Shown: piece by piece, positions 44,101-57,516 of the stretch
Position numbering within the stretch: position 1 is the first letter of the stretch
Layout of the letters: each line of letters opens with the position of its first letter
Origin: Corallochytrium limacisporum Hawaii
Taxonomy: Eukaryota; Protista; Pluriformea
Reading direction: 5' to 3'
DNA length: 64,000 nucleotides
Assembly: GCA_002811645.1 (NCBI GenBank)
Contig: PDIP01000002.1
Location: forward strand, 131,683 to 195,682
Made by a program: the position numbers and the translations under genes
The notes under the pieces: generated by a model
Databases searched by the model: none
What the model was told of the DNA's origin: nothing
The model's input: only the letters and a program-made list of their open reading frames with translations

Positions 44101-47100
44101 TACGCTGCCGATCTTGGATGGTCTGACATTTGCTCTTAGTACTGATTCAATCGTTCTCTTTCAATTTTGTCCTTGTCTTTCTTTAGTGCTTAAACTCCGT
44201 TCAGCAGACCTTGGTCGGTTACCCCGGTCATCAAGGCGTGGTGGTTAGACTACGACCTCCGTGACCGAGCTTTCATGCGTTTCGGGTTATGGTCGGGCGT
44301 TTGCTGCTACTCAAGGGGTTCATATTGCTTCTGCGTCGCACAAGACGCCGATGAATTGCCCTCGCAACCCAACAGGAGAACTGCCCGACAGTCATTCCAC
44401 TTCCAGATTCAGAAAGGAAAAAGGACTTGAGAATTTTCTTCACACCCGTGAATGAAGCTGAGGTAAGGCGGTGTGATTCGACTTTATCTCTTGCGGAGTG
44501 TGAGAGTGCGACATAGCAAACAGGAGCTCCCCTTTTGTCATTGTGACTGAAGCGGACGGACAGGAACGGCAGGTAGTCGACTGACCCCTATGTCAAAGCA
44601 AAAGAAGCAGTTTCAGCTCAACCCAATCCTTTTACCCGCCCTTCTAAAGTAGGACCGCGTGCAGGTGCGAGACACTGACAGACAGACACACTCTAGCTGT
44701 TTCAGGAATAGCTTGGTTGCTCCACCCAAACGTCCGCTCATATTCCACTCTGCTTGCTTCTCTCTCTGCTCACGGCGTGTCTTCTGTCTGAGTTTGCGTG
44801 CGCTGTGGATGAAGAGAGGCATGGCAAGTAAGAGATTTGTCGATTTAGACTTTTTGTCAAACAGTACCTTGAACAAGGTTCCATGAAATACCTGATCTTC
44901 AGTCACTCAGTATAAATGTTGGCACATACAAAGGGTGACGAGAAGGTCAAAATCGCCACAGAATCTTCGGTGTTTACCGAAACTGTCCATGTGGGCAAGG
45001 GGAGTTGTGAGGGTGGGCAGGGGTTGTGCTTCCATTTTTGAGGGGCTCATGGACCAGTTCTTGCTGTCGGATCTGCATTCGCCCCTGGCGGGTTGTATTC
45101 GAGTCGGTCGGGATTTTTGATCTGTGTTAGTAATTACGGAGCAGACCCGGCGAGAGAGACAGGGGCATAGTGAATCCCCCCTCACCTCCCGGCAGGGGCA
45201 TCATCCTTAATTAAGGCCAGGTACGAGAACTTTAGGTCGTAAGAGTGCGTGTCTCTGGGTCCAAATCCCGTGAATGAACGCACCTCCGTCAGTGAAATTT
45301 CAGACAGCGCGAGCTCTGTTGTGGGTCTTTGCGGAGAACCCATCGACGGAAACGAAACACAGGGCAGGAACTATAGCGACTTCTAGAAGACCAGCGCGCG
45401 GGTGTCGGGAACGAGAACTTGCTCACAATGACACGCAGGGCGAATGGAAAGTCGAAAGAGCAGGACACCTATTCCAAAGCTTCTGCTATTCTACTGCTTT
45501 ACTATGATGGTGATGACGCGCGTGCTTCCGGGAGGCAGTCACCCCGATTAAATGATCGAGAGAAGATGTCTTGCTATGTTTTAAGTGTTGTTTGCTCGTC
45601 GTATCCCCTACCGAGTGCATAGTACACTGACCACCGGTTTGTTCCGCCCAAGCCCCTTTTGTAACCAGCGAAGATCGCATTCTACTATCGCTCTCTGCTC
45701 ACTTGCACGCAGCGTACTCATACAAATACATACACTGAGTGTGTCCCCACCCACCTTCTATGGCTGACCCACTCCGAATAAACTGCTTGCTTGTCCATGT
45801 CTGTCCCTCCCCGGGTGAGCTGGACAACACGAAACACTCGGGTTAGTCGATCCGTGAAATCTCTTCTCTCAGGCCGGGGATTTTAAATATTTCAGTAGTT
45901 AATGAACGTGATGCGCTGCCACCCACACTCGATTTCGTACTCGCCCATCATCAGTCGCCCTCCTGCAATGGATATTTTCAGAACTCTTAAGTAGTGGCCA
46001 TTCTCTGCATATTGCATGACCGCGGTCGTATCGGAATATATATTGAAGTCGGCGAATTTTATAGTAAATGTATAGGTTCGGGGAAATTAGGAAAATTGCT
46101 TTTCTTGCCCTCTTACCGTTTGGTTGTCTACGTTCCATTTTCTTCGTTGCTGCTGCCTCTTTTTGTCTCGGTCTTCCTTTTGTCGCTTACTTTGTTCGGC
46201 TTTCTCCCTGATGCTATCTCTTGACCACGGTAATGGGTTCACAGACCCATACTCCGTTGTTAAGAAATTTCCAAGCAATTTCATACACTGATTGATAAAG
46301 AGACACGCTCCCGTGGCTCCCGTCCAGCCGAGGAAAAGATGGCTCCATCTTTTTTGGACTCTTGCTTCCTTTCGTCGTGGTCTACAAAAGTATTTCCTCT
46401 GATTTCTTTCTTCCCTTCTTCTCCTCCTGCAACCTCTGGCATTTGTTTCCCGGCTTACTACTACGTTTTGCACGCCCCTCTGAGTTTTTTGCAACTATCG
46501 CACAACCTGAAGAAAAAAGGAATGAAGAGTAGTAAAAACGAAATCTCGGATCACACCTCGTTGTTCTGGAAAGGCTTCTCCAAAACCCACACATCGACCA
46601 CCTCGTCTTCTACTCTCCCTTCTTTCGTCCAAGGTGAATTTCATTGTAGTAAAGCGTCGTTCGATTCTCGAACCGGGGCTGCTCGTGTTTGTATTTAGGA
46701 CCTGCCAACCGCGTCATTCTGACATTGGCAAACCACATACATAAGGTAGTCACCCCACAATTCTGCCGCACGTTCTCCTTCGCAGCATAACTCTGCATTG
46801 TTTTGCGAGGTGTGTTGTGGTCGAGGCTCGTCGATCCCTTCCGTGCCCTGGTGAATCACTATGATTCTTCCCCTATTTGTTGTGTCAACCAGCATCGCAA
46901 TCCATCGATGCTTCAAGCGCTTGTATCCTTCCATCTCACCTTGTAGATCTTCGGTGCGTGTGTCTGTGTGTGCACGGATTCCACAGTATGAGAAGGTTGG
47001 GAATTCCGGAGCAGGGCAGTAGATGTGCTACTTTACCGTCGGCTGTTTTCAGCGAGCTACTCCTTCCACGACAAGTGGTATTTTGTTGTTCAACAAAACG

Positions 47101-50100
47101 AGGGAAGAAAGATGGGGACGACAAAAGAAGACCAAAGTATGCGGTTCTACTGCACTCGTCGGCTTTTCTGCCATGGAATAAATACGATTCTTCTCGAGAG
47201 AGACGGTGAGCCAAATGGGAATGTCCTGTTTCGTTCTTAACTACCATCGTCCAATGATGGTCGCTTCCATATTCCTTCTTTTCTCGTATACTTCTTGTGC
47301 TACCAACCCAAGTTGAATCTTCACAACACCATCACAATTGAACGTAAACATAGGACATCTGTTGCGTCAAAGGGCCAAGTTAACCAACGATACATTTACA
47401 TCTACGTCACTACAGTAAAACTCAACAGTTGCTAACTTTCGTCTCCTCTACAGGAGGGTTTAATCTTTTTCTCTGAAGGAAATTAAAGACCATTCGTTGT
47501 GGTTCCCATGTTTGGCTCGCAGACCCCCGCTGGTGTGAATTTTTTGGCTGTCGTTCCGGCTCTTCTCTCAGCTCTTCCCATTTTGCCGATAATGGGCACA
47601 GGGAAGAACACTACACGACCTCCAAGCCCCTTCATTCTCTGCCCAGAAATTAAGAATTCGACCCTACGTCGTCCAACACGGCAAAACTCTCTCTCCAACT
47701 TCTAATTTGTGGCACTAGTGATGGATAGATAGCGGGGCAACCCGGCAGGGTTTTCTACTGCCTTCCCTGCGTACCAATACTTTCTTCGAATTGCCAAAAT
47801 AAAGCAGCTGATTTCAACGCGCCACATTTTGGCAATAGACTTTTTTTTTTGCTGGTAATGGCCGAGTTAATACTTCTCTCACACACAGAAAACATTCAAG
47901 CTGAGCATTTGCAGGCGGAATTGTATGGGATAATCGAAGAGGTCACTTCTCTGACGTTACACCCGGTGAAGTCCCCTTGAATTCAACCAGCGGTTGCCAT
48001 TGGATTGACGAAATCCGCTTGCGGTAGCCGCGTCCGTGAAGATGAAGGAGCGCCCGAAAGAAGCCCAGACAGACTGTATAGTAGCAGCAACACAGGCAAC
48101 CACAAGCCCGTACAGCACATAACGCAGACCGAACGAACACACGCGAGCACGCACATCATCGACATTAATGACGGTTTGTTGATGTGAATGGTGCGAATGA
48201 AAACACTCTCAAAATGGGAAAACCCCCTTTAGAGTAAGTAACGCCGGCTCCCCCCCTGCGCGAATAATCTTCACTTCGATTATTAACATGAACATGCTAA
48301 TAGCGCATCGCCGCGGATACTCCATTTGGGTGCGGCTAGGTGTGTGTAGAGGACCTGTATCACCATGGTGGTGGTGCCAAGTATGCTGGTGATCTTGGAG
48401 CCGTATTGTACATACCCGTGATTCTTTGTGTCACTGCATTTGTTTGCTTCTCTCATGGCATCTCCAATCCCGAGGAGTTTTCTCAAGTAAGTGGAAGGGA
48501 AGAGAAAGAGTACACCCGCCAGTAACCATGCGCGCGAACTCGTCTTCACGCCTATTTGCTGGCCCTACAAAATGGTTTCGGTTGTTCTCACTCGCGCACA
48601 ACGGAGTCAGACCTGACAATTCGCGAATCAATTTGGACAACGGTGGCCTCCTGATCCTCCCGAGGGGTCCCAATGCTTTTTGAGTGCACGACTACCATAG
48701 TCTGCATCTGTGGCGATGTTTGCTCAAGCTGGCATTGACAAGGTCATGGGACGTTTGAACATGCAGAAACATGCTGGATTGTATCTTGATATAGTGAAGA
48801 CAGAAAGATCAATCATAAAAATGGTGGCCAGCAGCAGCGGCGTGAGATTTGGTCTTTCGGCTCCTTAACTGACTGTACAGCATTTTCGCCAGAACCGTTT
48901 GGGAACATCGGTGCTGGCGTGCAACTGTCAAAATTGCAAAGAGGTGAGGTGATTTGATATTATTGGTCCGCATTGACTCTGTGAAGTAACAAAAAAAATA
49001 TGAGATATTTTTGCGTCAGTGGAGAGGAGAGTACGACTCCCAAAGGACCCCGAAGTCGTGACTCAAAAGCACCAGACGTTCCTCAATCATGCTGGCGCCA
49101 CACACAATACTTAAGTAATGAATTTTAATTCAGCAAAGAAATGGCGCCATTCGAGAGCGGTGTCCTCCAAGTTGATTCATCCATCATGCTAGAGCTCAAG
49201 CTCTCTCACAGAGTTCGTACCTCTCCCACATATGTCATGAAACTTTGACTTCTCCTTGAAACATCGAGTAGCAATTGCTGAACATGAGTTCGTACACCGC
49301 GGCAAAACGAGCGAGTACACCAGAACGACGCATCTTGCGACCTGCCCAGAGGTCGTCGATATTCCCACCTTTCGTCTCACATAAGAACTAATTGTCTACG
49401 CAAAAACAAAGTGACAGGTACATTTATGATACGAAATCCAGCTCTTTCTCCATGCAGAACAACCCTTCGAATCTTTGCCCGCCCATGTGTTTTCGCACTT
49501 GCCTGCGCGCGCCAGCGCTTGCAAGTCAAAAGAGGACTGGTTTTAGAAGCTTGAAATTATGCATAGAGGTGCCCTCGATCAATGCACCATTTCTATAATG
49601 AACAGACTGGGTATAAGGCGAAGCTGCAATTAGGTTCTTGCTTACGAACCACGATTGTCATATGCGGACTCTCAGCTTATTGTTCTCTTCCGTTCTTTTT
49701 CGTTCTCCTCTCGGTCCTAAACCATTCTCTATTTGATTTCAACTGGTTATCTACAGCCGGAGCGTATGGTAGGAAACAAAAGAAGTTTGTCGCTGACGCG
49801 ACCGACTCCAGCAAGGCCCCACTGCGGGTCTGTCCCTGCTTGGTGTTGGAAGGCCCTTTTTTTTTTGTATACTGCAACATGTGCTTGCTATTCAATAACC
49901 TGACAAATTTGGCAAGAGATGGAGGGGACTGGTTGTGTAGACTGACCGGCTCCTCCAGGTATGTTCTAATTGTGGTGGTAGTAGGCACTCGGACTATCGG
50001 CAGATGGCCCGCGGCACCGCACGCCTTGACCGCCGGGTGCATGTGGTCAAAGATCGAAAATCTAGAATCGAGCTCATTTATTTACTACTGGAAGTTGAGA

Positions 50101-52626
50101 CCTCCGTATCCTCGACCCATCTCGTTCCAGCTCTTAATCGTATGATCCCTACATTCCATTCCAATTTATTGGGAGGGTTCAGGGCACTCTCTCTTTACTT
50201 TTTTTGAGGACTGATGATCTTGTAAACTGCAGCCGCATCGTGCACTCGACATCCATCGCTACACTCATCAAGATGATCATGTACCGTCTTCCTTTCCGAC
50301 ACCATGAATGCACTGAGCGTGCATTGTATGCATCGGCCAACAGTCACGATGATCAACAATCACATACAAGGTGCTGAAGGGATTCGCAGCAGCATCTATC
50401 CCTATCTGAAGCTTATCCGTCCTCCCCTCAAATGTCGGTTGCAGTGAATTTGGCTGCTCGGTGCCTCGTTTTCAGACCTCCAACCACAATACGCAGAGCT
50501 CAGGTCTCTTAAGGGTGTGCAATGTCAGAAGGGATCGACAAAAACGATTCTTTTCCCTTTATGGTACGCACAATAGGCAGCGACGTGTTATTGCAAAGTA
50601 TTTTTCGTTGCTCGCGACGCTTTGCTAAGCGGATCTCCTTTACCCCGTCGATAACTGATGATACCTGATGATGTTAAGTGATGAAGGAGGAGTGGATTGT
50701 GTTGATATGGTGAATCGGAACAAGGGGGTTTTTGGTTGCCCGCCATCCGGACATCATCAAGTGGATGCCGGTCATCCACAAACCAATAGGCAGTAGGTGT
50801 ATCGATGGTAGGTTGGATACCCCTTTCAACGTTAGACTATGGGCCATACAGAAGTTCTGTGGTGATGGCATACGTGCGATCTCCAACGTTTCAACGTAGT
50901 CAGTTGGAAAATGTGAGGTCAGTAGGTCCGTCGTTTTGAACACGCATCTTAGCATCCTTCATCTCTATGAAACACCGGCCACCACACCAGACCTAGGATA
51001 ACAACACTCTCCACCACAAATGCGGTTCTCACACACACTGGATAGGACACCGCTGCCGGTATAATTTGATGTGTGTGGGTGGGCGAGGGATTCTTCTTCG
51101 CAATTTTACGTTGTCAAAGTATAGCATTTCCATCATTCTGTAAGAAGCGGGGACGGCTGATAGAAGGGCGAGATAAGAGGCGCTCTCTCTAGGGGACAAA
51201 CAACCCAATGATGTCCGGTCCGAGCCTCAGCTGGGAAGTGGGAGACCAGGGTGAAATTCGTGCTGAGGGGACGGATCCACTCCGGGGCCCGGTTTGCTCA
51301 TTACTCCTGGCTCGCATTCCCGCACGTATACGAAAGTGCCACGCATGAGACATTTTCTACTGCAGCCGATTTCCGTCGCTTCGCTATTTGGAATTACACT
51401 GAACGTGCACTGAGAAGAAGCATTCTTCAGTACATACTATCAATAGTTTCGTCCCGCGTCACTCCGCAGAGCCAGAATCGAACGTGAACAGAGGCCAGGT
51501 TCGTTATCAACATCTCTCCCATCATCTTAAAGTCTAGAAATTCAGAGGGGATACCAATTGCATTGCATGACCTGACATGATCTGTGACCAATTTCATCTG
51601 TGCTGTCTTCCATTCACGGCGCATTGATAATGATAGCTGGAGTGTCCGATGTGATCAAAGCATCATTCTCATGTATAGTACTGTGGGAATTGCGATGTAT
51701 GTCCGTGTGTGGATGTGGTTCGCGGTGTCATTGCCATCTCTGAGATACTGTTCCTGCTGGACTTAGCTTTCTTGATGATGGTGATGTCTCGCGCGCGGTA
51801 TAGCAGATCAATTTGATGGCAGCGATGGCCGGGATGGATATGGAGATGAAACTGGTCGGACAACGGCTCAGATGATGCTCGCATGACATCTTTCTGTGCC
51901 AGCTGTTCAGTACCAGCAGGGCCGAAAACTGCGTTCAATGACATGTCAGTGTCCTCCCCGAACCAGAGAACACGGCGACAGCCATCATCAATTGCATCTC
52001 TGTCGCTGGCCTAGCGAGGGGTGTGGGTGTCTCGAGTGCTCACTCAAAGGAGAGACTGAAAGAGGAACCCCGCCTTACGCAGAAGCGCCGCGATAACGCA
52101 AGACAGTACTATGAAACTTTGCTTTTCCTTTCATTCTTGCTTACGTCCAAGAATCGGAGGAAGAGTTCTGCTAAGATAGTGCGGTGGTCGTTATCTCTCG
52201 CAGCAGTGATACCATCTCTGTTGATAATATACATATAGGAGTAGGGAACAATGTATGTGACGCGTTGCTGGCCAGCAGTGTCCCCGAGCCTTTTCTTGAT
52301 TATATCAACGCCAGTACGGCACCAGAGGTCAAAGGGTGAAAGATAAGTACCCAAAGTACCCAGAAAGCGAACGCAAAGGAAGACGGAAAAGTTTTGAAAT
52401 TTTCGTTGCCGTGTAGCGCGAGACCCAAAGCGCGGTGTTGCAGCCTGAGCCTCTGGGAGAGACCCACCTGATTATTGGTAGACAAGTACAACACGTAAGG
52501 TAGAAAGACGGTGCAGGGAGGACAAACGGGATGGATAAGGGGGGCTGGATCGAAATCAGAAACTTGGTTTTCTGTTACCGTTATGTCTGAACTTAAGGCC
52601 ATTGCTGGCATAACGGTGCCGGAGAA

Positions 52627-53050
52627 GGCCCCCCCCCCCCCCCCCCCGGGGGAAGGGGGTTTGGTTGTGACGGCTGGGCTGTGACCCACTGACCGATTTG
52701 CCTTGCCCTTTTTTCTTCAAGCCCGGTGCATCAAAACCGTACTAATGGATTACTATCTCTGCCCGCCCCCCCCCCCTAAAAAAGAAAGAGAAGGTGAGCA
52801 AGGAGAGCAGCAAAATAGGTAAAGGAAATGAATCAGCCACCGGAGCCCAAAAAAAAACACCATAGCGAATGTACGGTCCCCAAGCCCCTATTCGGAGAAC
52901 GACGTCCCGTTTTAGACAATCAAATTACCCGCATAACGATTATTAAGAAATTAGCGAGCTTCCGGAGGGGGTTTCGCGGTCCCCTGGCCTTCCAATTCAT
53001 CCAAAGGTGCGCCAACCCCCCGAGGGGTGGGGGGGGGAGGGGGCCACCCC
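52627..53050. promoter_or_regulatory. Cluster of three C/G-tract elements (orphan)
   Basis: GG-C19-G5-AA-G5 at 52627, C11 at 52766, C6-GAGGGGT-G9-AG5 at 53016. Confidence 0.45.
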
Positions 53051-54578
53051 TGAACCGGTCCATGTTTTGTTCGTGTGTGTGTCGGTTTTGCTCCTTTGCG
53101 ATGTCCGCATACGGGAAAGGGACAGTTTAAGGGGACTGATCACCCAATCCCGGCAGTGACCCTGTTACTGTGTCAGCATTCCCAAATTTTAACCGTGTAT
53201 TGATGGGAGTGAGTTTATATCATTGGGAGCCGTCAACTATGCTTTTTGGTTCAGTGAACTCCCTTTGCCGTCAGCAGAGCAACATTTTTACGTCGAGTTC
53301 TTGGTTATCTCTCATATGTCAAAGAGGCAGGAGAAAATGACGAATGATTGGAAAATCGGAGGCAAATCATATCTCGAACCCAGCGGAAGGGAGCGGTTGG
53401 GATTTCAAAAAATCTAATGCATACACACAGACACACGCACAACTATAACTACTCTGGTTTCCCAATGCTTTTACTGGCCTTGCAGTTGACGAGTTCGGGG
53501 ATTTGTGTGGTCCAGAATTCATTCGAGTAGAAAAATTGCAATCCTAATCAATTGAGGACAATGTTCGTATTGGGAAAGCATTTTGCTGCGGCGCTGTGCT
53601 GTCAAGCAGGATCTATCAGGGGTCGGATACTGTGGACGCGACCATGCCACTGAATGTCCCAATCGAACGGAGTGTTTGTAGCGGGATTGTTGTGGACAAG
53701 TCGTATAAATCCTGAGACCGACGAATTGGACTGTGTAGCTGTGTCACGTTCCCGTCCGGACGGCGACTTCAAGAGTGCCAGCCATCACAGGCTCCCAAAT
53801 TCCGAGTGTCGAAGGCCAAACGCGCCCAGCATGCCTGCGTTCTTCATACGGATTATTCAATGAGAACCCACTTGAGCGAGGCTGCGAAGACTTGCGAGTA
53901 CGTGACTAGCACCACCGGATCCACATCGACCAGGCGGGTTTTCGCACCTGCACGGACCGGTTTCAAATTAATGAGTGTTTCAGTTTAAATTCTCGCCTGT
54001 TTTCGGGATTCGCCGGATTCAAGTCGTTCACTGTCCCTCGCTGAAAATTACAAGAGAGGGGGGAGTTGGGGTGAGAGATGATGGGTAAGAAGAATTGGGC
54101 GCACAGTTGTGTACCGTACACTCTCCCCCCCCCCCCCTCCTCCCCTTCCCACCGTCCCCACTCTCACTCTCCGGCGAGGTCGTTCTCCCACCTGCACTCA
54201 CGCTTTCCCTGCTTTTGCTCCCCTCCTGCCCGCTCTCATTCTCGCAAAAAGAGAAAGAAAGAGAGAATCCCCTCGCACCTCCACATCTGACAGCTTTCAG
54301 AGGAATTCCCACGGAAAGGGTAGGATACGGCCACAGTACTATTACCACACATGATGACACGTCGAAGCAAACCGGGTAGGGGAGGTGTGTGCTGCGCAGA
54401 GCTGCCGGGCAAGAGTTTTTTGGGTCCTTCGAGATCTGCGTTCCTTGGTGAGTACCTGGGAAATATTAAGCACGTCGGGCTGGGCCCCGAAGGCAGGTAC
54501 TTCAACCACAGCAAAGATAGGGTATTACCTCAACCCTGAACGAGACCATGTGACCTCGATCTATCAACGAAGGAAATA

Positions 54579-55592
54579 ATGTCTGCAAATATTCTGTCCC
54601 GCAGGAGCGTGTTGGCCCGTCAGGTTGCGCCGAGCCTTCGTCGCTACCTGTCAATGCCGAGCCATCCACCACCTGCCGCAACCGCACACATCCCCAACGA
54701 AGTTAAGATCGTAGAAGTGGGTCCCCGGGATGGACTTCAGAATGAAAAGACAACAGTACCGACCGAATTGAAGGTGGAGTTCATCAATGACCTGGCCCGT
54801 GCCGGATTACCCGTAGTGGAATCTACCAGTTTTGTTAGTGCCAAGTGGGTGCCACAGATGGGAGATAACAGTGAAGTCATGGCCGGGATCAGCCGTGTGC
54901 CGGGTATCCGGTACACTGCTTTGACCCCAAATACCAGGGGTATGGAGGGTGCTTTGGAAAGCAATGTTGATGAAGTAGCGGTTTTCGCTGCGGCTAGTGA
55001 AGCCTTCAGTCAGAAGAACATCAACTGCAGCATCAAGGAGAGCATGGAGCGCTTTTCCAAGGTTATGGAGATGGCTGAGCAGAACAATAAGCCAGTGCGC
55101 GGGTACGTAAGCTGCGTGGTGGGTTGCCCATACGAGGGAAAAATTGACCCCAAGCAGGCGGCGCTTGTCAGTAAGGATTTGTACGACATGGGATGCTATG
55201 AGATCAGTTTGGGTGACACCATCGGTGTAGGTACACCTGGTGAGTTCAAGACACTGCTTGAAGAGGTCTACAAAGTGATCCCCGTGAACGCTGTCGCGGC
55301 CCACTGCCATGACACCTACGGCCAGGCTCTGGCAAACATCTATGCTTCACTGGAGATGGGATGCTCCGTTGTCGATTCCAGCGCTGCTGGATTGGGCGGA
55401 TGTCCGTACGCAAAGGGTGCAACGGGTAACGTGGCCACTGAGGATGTTGTGTACATGCTCCACGGCCTGGGTGTCACGACTGGGGTTGACCTGGACAAGG
55501 TGATTGATGCCGGACAAAAAATTAGCGACTTCCTGAAGCGACCAAACGGATCTCGTGTAGCCAAGGCCATGCTGAACAAACGCGCAAAGTGA
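54579..55592 (+). CDS. HMGCL: 3-hydroxy-3-methylglutaryl-CoA lyase, mitochondrial
   Basis: Arg/Ser-rich presequence; [12 protein letters not shown]; [11 protein letters not shown]; [11 protein letters not shown]; [12 protein letters not shown]; [19 protein letters not shown]. Confidence 0.97.
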   Translation: MSANILSRRSVLARQVAPSLRRYLSMPSHPPPAATAHIPNEVKIVEVGPRDGLQNEKTTVPTELKVEFINDLARAGLPVVESTSFVSAKWVPQMGDNSEVMAGISRVPGIRYTALTPNTRGMEGALESNVDEVAVFAAASEAFSQKNINCSIKESMERFSKVMEMAEQNNKPVRGYVSCVVGCPYEGKIDPKQAALVSKDLYDMGCYEISLGDTIGVGTPGEFKTLLEEVYKVIPVNAVAAHCHDTYGQALANIYASLEMGCSVVDSSAAGLGGCPYAKGATGNVATEDVVYMLHGLGVTTGVDLDKVIDAGQKISDFLKRPNGSRVAKAMLNKRAK

Positions 55593-55973
55593 ATATGTTA
55601 TAGTAATGTAGAATGTCAATGGATAGATGTTTATAGAAGTTTATTCTATTTGCAAGCCTGAAATCATGGATTCTTAGCTTTGTCATTGTCAGGACTCTGT
55701 GCCTTCTTCATGTCAATCAAACTGCGACCAGTCTTGCTATAGACCAGAAGACTAGTACGCAGCAGCTCGAACTTGTTCTCACCTTCGATGTTGGCGCCAT
55801 TAAGCGCCAGTAAGCGGTACACAGTCACCAAAACCGTGTCATCACCGACTAGCAGATTGCCACCGCATGGGAGATGCTGACACTGTTGACAGACTTGTCT
55901 ACCAATGCGAAGCCGAAAATAGATTCTTCATCACAGCAAGATCCATTCGAGACTGACGGAGACGGCTCCTCCT

Positions 55974-57446
55974 CGGCTTCACGTCAGTCAAGTGGGCCGC
56001 ACAGCCTTGTATGCACTTGGTAACATGTTCCTCACCCTGGGCAGATCCATGGAAACCGATCTTGAACACACTGCTCATACGCTAGTCAAGAAGGCACAGA
56101 AGAGCAACACGTTCATCCAAGAAGGATGCTTCAGATGCCTTTATCATCTTAGCCAAGGCATAAGTCCTTCAAAGGCATAAAGCGTCATGTGCACAGGTCT
56201 CCAAAGCAAGAGCGTACAGGCACGAAAGCTAACCGCAGAAATTGCTGTCAACCTGATTGAACAAATGGGTCCAAGGTCTCTACAGGGGCAGTATGGTGAC
56301 CGCACAGTCACTCTTGTCTCTCTTTTGGCCCATGATGCTAGCGTAGAGGTCCAACACAATGGTAAGAAAGCCGTCACAGCACTCACGACTACGTCCCAGG
56401 CAGCTGAGCATCTGTCCAAGCTCTCGCGCAAGGCTCTGCCAGAAAAGAAAGTCAAGTCCTTCCAGGCATTCATTGAATGTGTCGCGCTGAAGGGTGTAGG
56501 TGAACGTCCCAGTGACAATCCTGCAGCCTTGCGGGCCTCGTCGAGTGCGCGCTCACGAAGTCGTAAACCTTCCAGTCGCCGATTTCGTGACATGAGTCCG
56601 AGTGTCAGCAGCTCCGAAGGGACTAATATGGAATGCGACACGCCGAATGAGTCTGACCACACCAGAAGCTCGACAGCATCACCAGAGAGATTGTCGTCCT
56701 TCCGTGCCCGCAGATCGTCAAGTAGCGTTGTATCATCGGGTGATCGACCTTCTGGTTTGCGGCAAGATGCAAAGGATCAATTGTCAAACATTGCGATTAA
56801 CTTACAAGCTTCGGATTTCCGCCAGCGGACTGACGCTACAGTGGATCTTGAAGTTTTCATTGACCAACACGCTCAGGAATTGGGATCTGGCAATATCCGC
56901 GACATCACAGACGCTTTCTGCGCGCGTCTTAGTGACCAAAACACGAAAGTGAGCCAGCAGGCCCTACAGGCTCTGATCCATATGGTGCCCACGCTTGGTG
57001 ACCAAGTGGACCCGGTGATGGCCACGATGGTGCCCGCTGTGGCCAACGACTTTGCAAGTGCAAGTTATCAAATCAAACAACTTGCTGGTGATGCCATGGA
57101 TCTCTTTTCTGTCCACACATCACCTGTGCCTTTCATGAGTGCTCTGGTGTCCACGGCACAGAATGGTAATCTCCGTGTGCGACCTGTGGCAGTCCATCGC
57201 ATTGCAGATGCAGTGAAGGACATCCCAAAACAGTTCTATCTTGCCAAGGCGGTCATCCCGTCGGCTTTCAAGCTCTTGCATGATTCTCAAAACGAAGTGA
57301 AGATTGCAAAGGCTGCTCTGATCAGGTCACTCTACTCACGGATGGAGGATGCCCTCTTTGAGGCCACTGGTAGTCACTGCGAAGATGTCAATAAGATACT
57401 GCAGACAACTGTCGACCGGGGCGCCGTAAGACCGACTTCTGGTTAA
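55974..57446 (+). pseudogene. TOGARAM1: TOGARAM/crescerin (FAM179) remnant: broken TOG3 plus intact TOG4
   Basis: SQVGRTALYALGNMF..L..SMETDL....LVKKA..SNTFIQE (TOG3) is in frame with ORF 56187-57446 but cut by TAA at 56178-56180. TOG4: LQASDFRQR...DAFCARLSDQNTKV...LQAL. No room for TOG1/2, since HMGCL ends about 400 bp upstream. Confidence 0.85.
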
Positions 57447-57516
57447 AACCACGGTTCTTCTCAACTACATTGCCTCTAGGTATTACATGTATGAATTTCT
57501 TTTGTAAATCATTGTT

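Noticed and set aside
46620-46680. GTTCGATTC T-loop-like sequence as a tRNA
   Set aside because: No cloverleaf or acceptor stem can be built.
48426-48700. RLFAGP...LPRGPNAF resembling a PIN/GPR155-type transporter C-terminus
   Set aside because: Hydrophobic pattern not preserved; similarity too weak to support.
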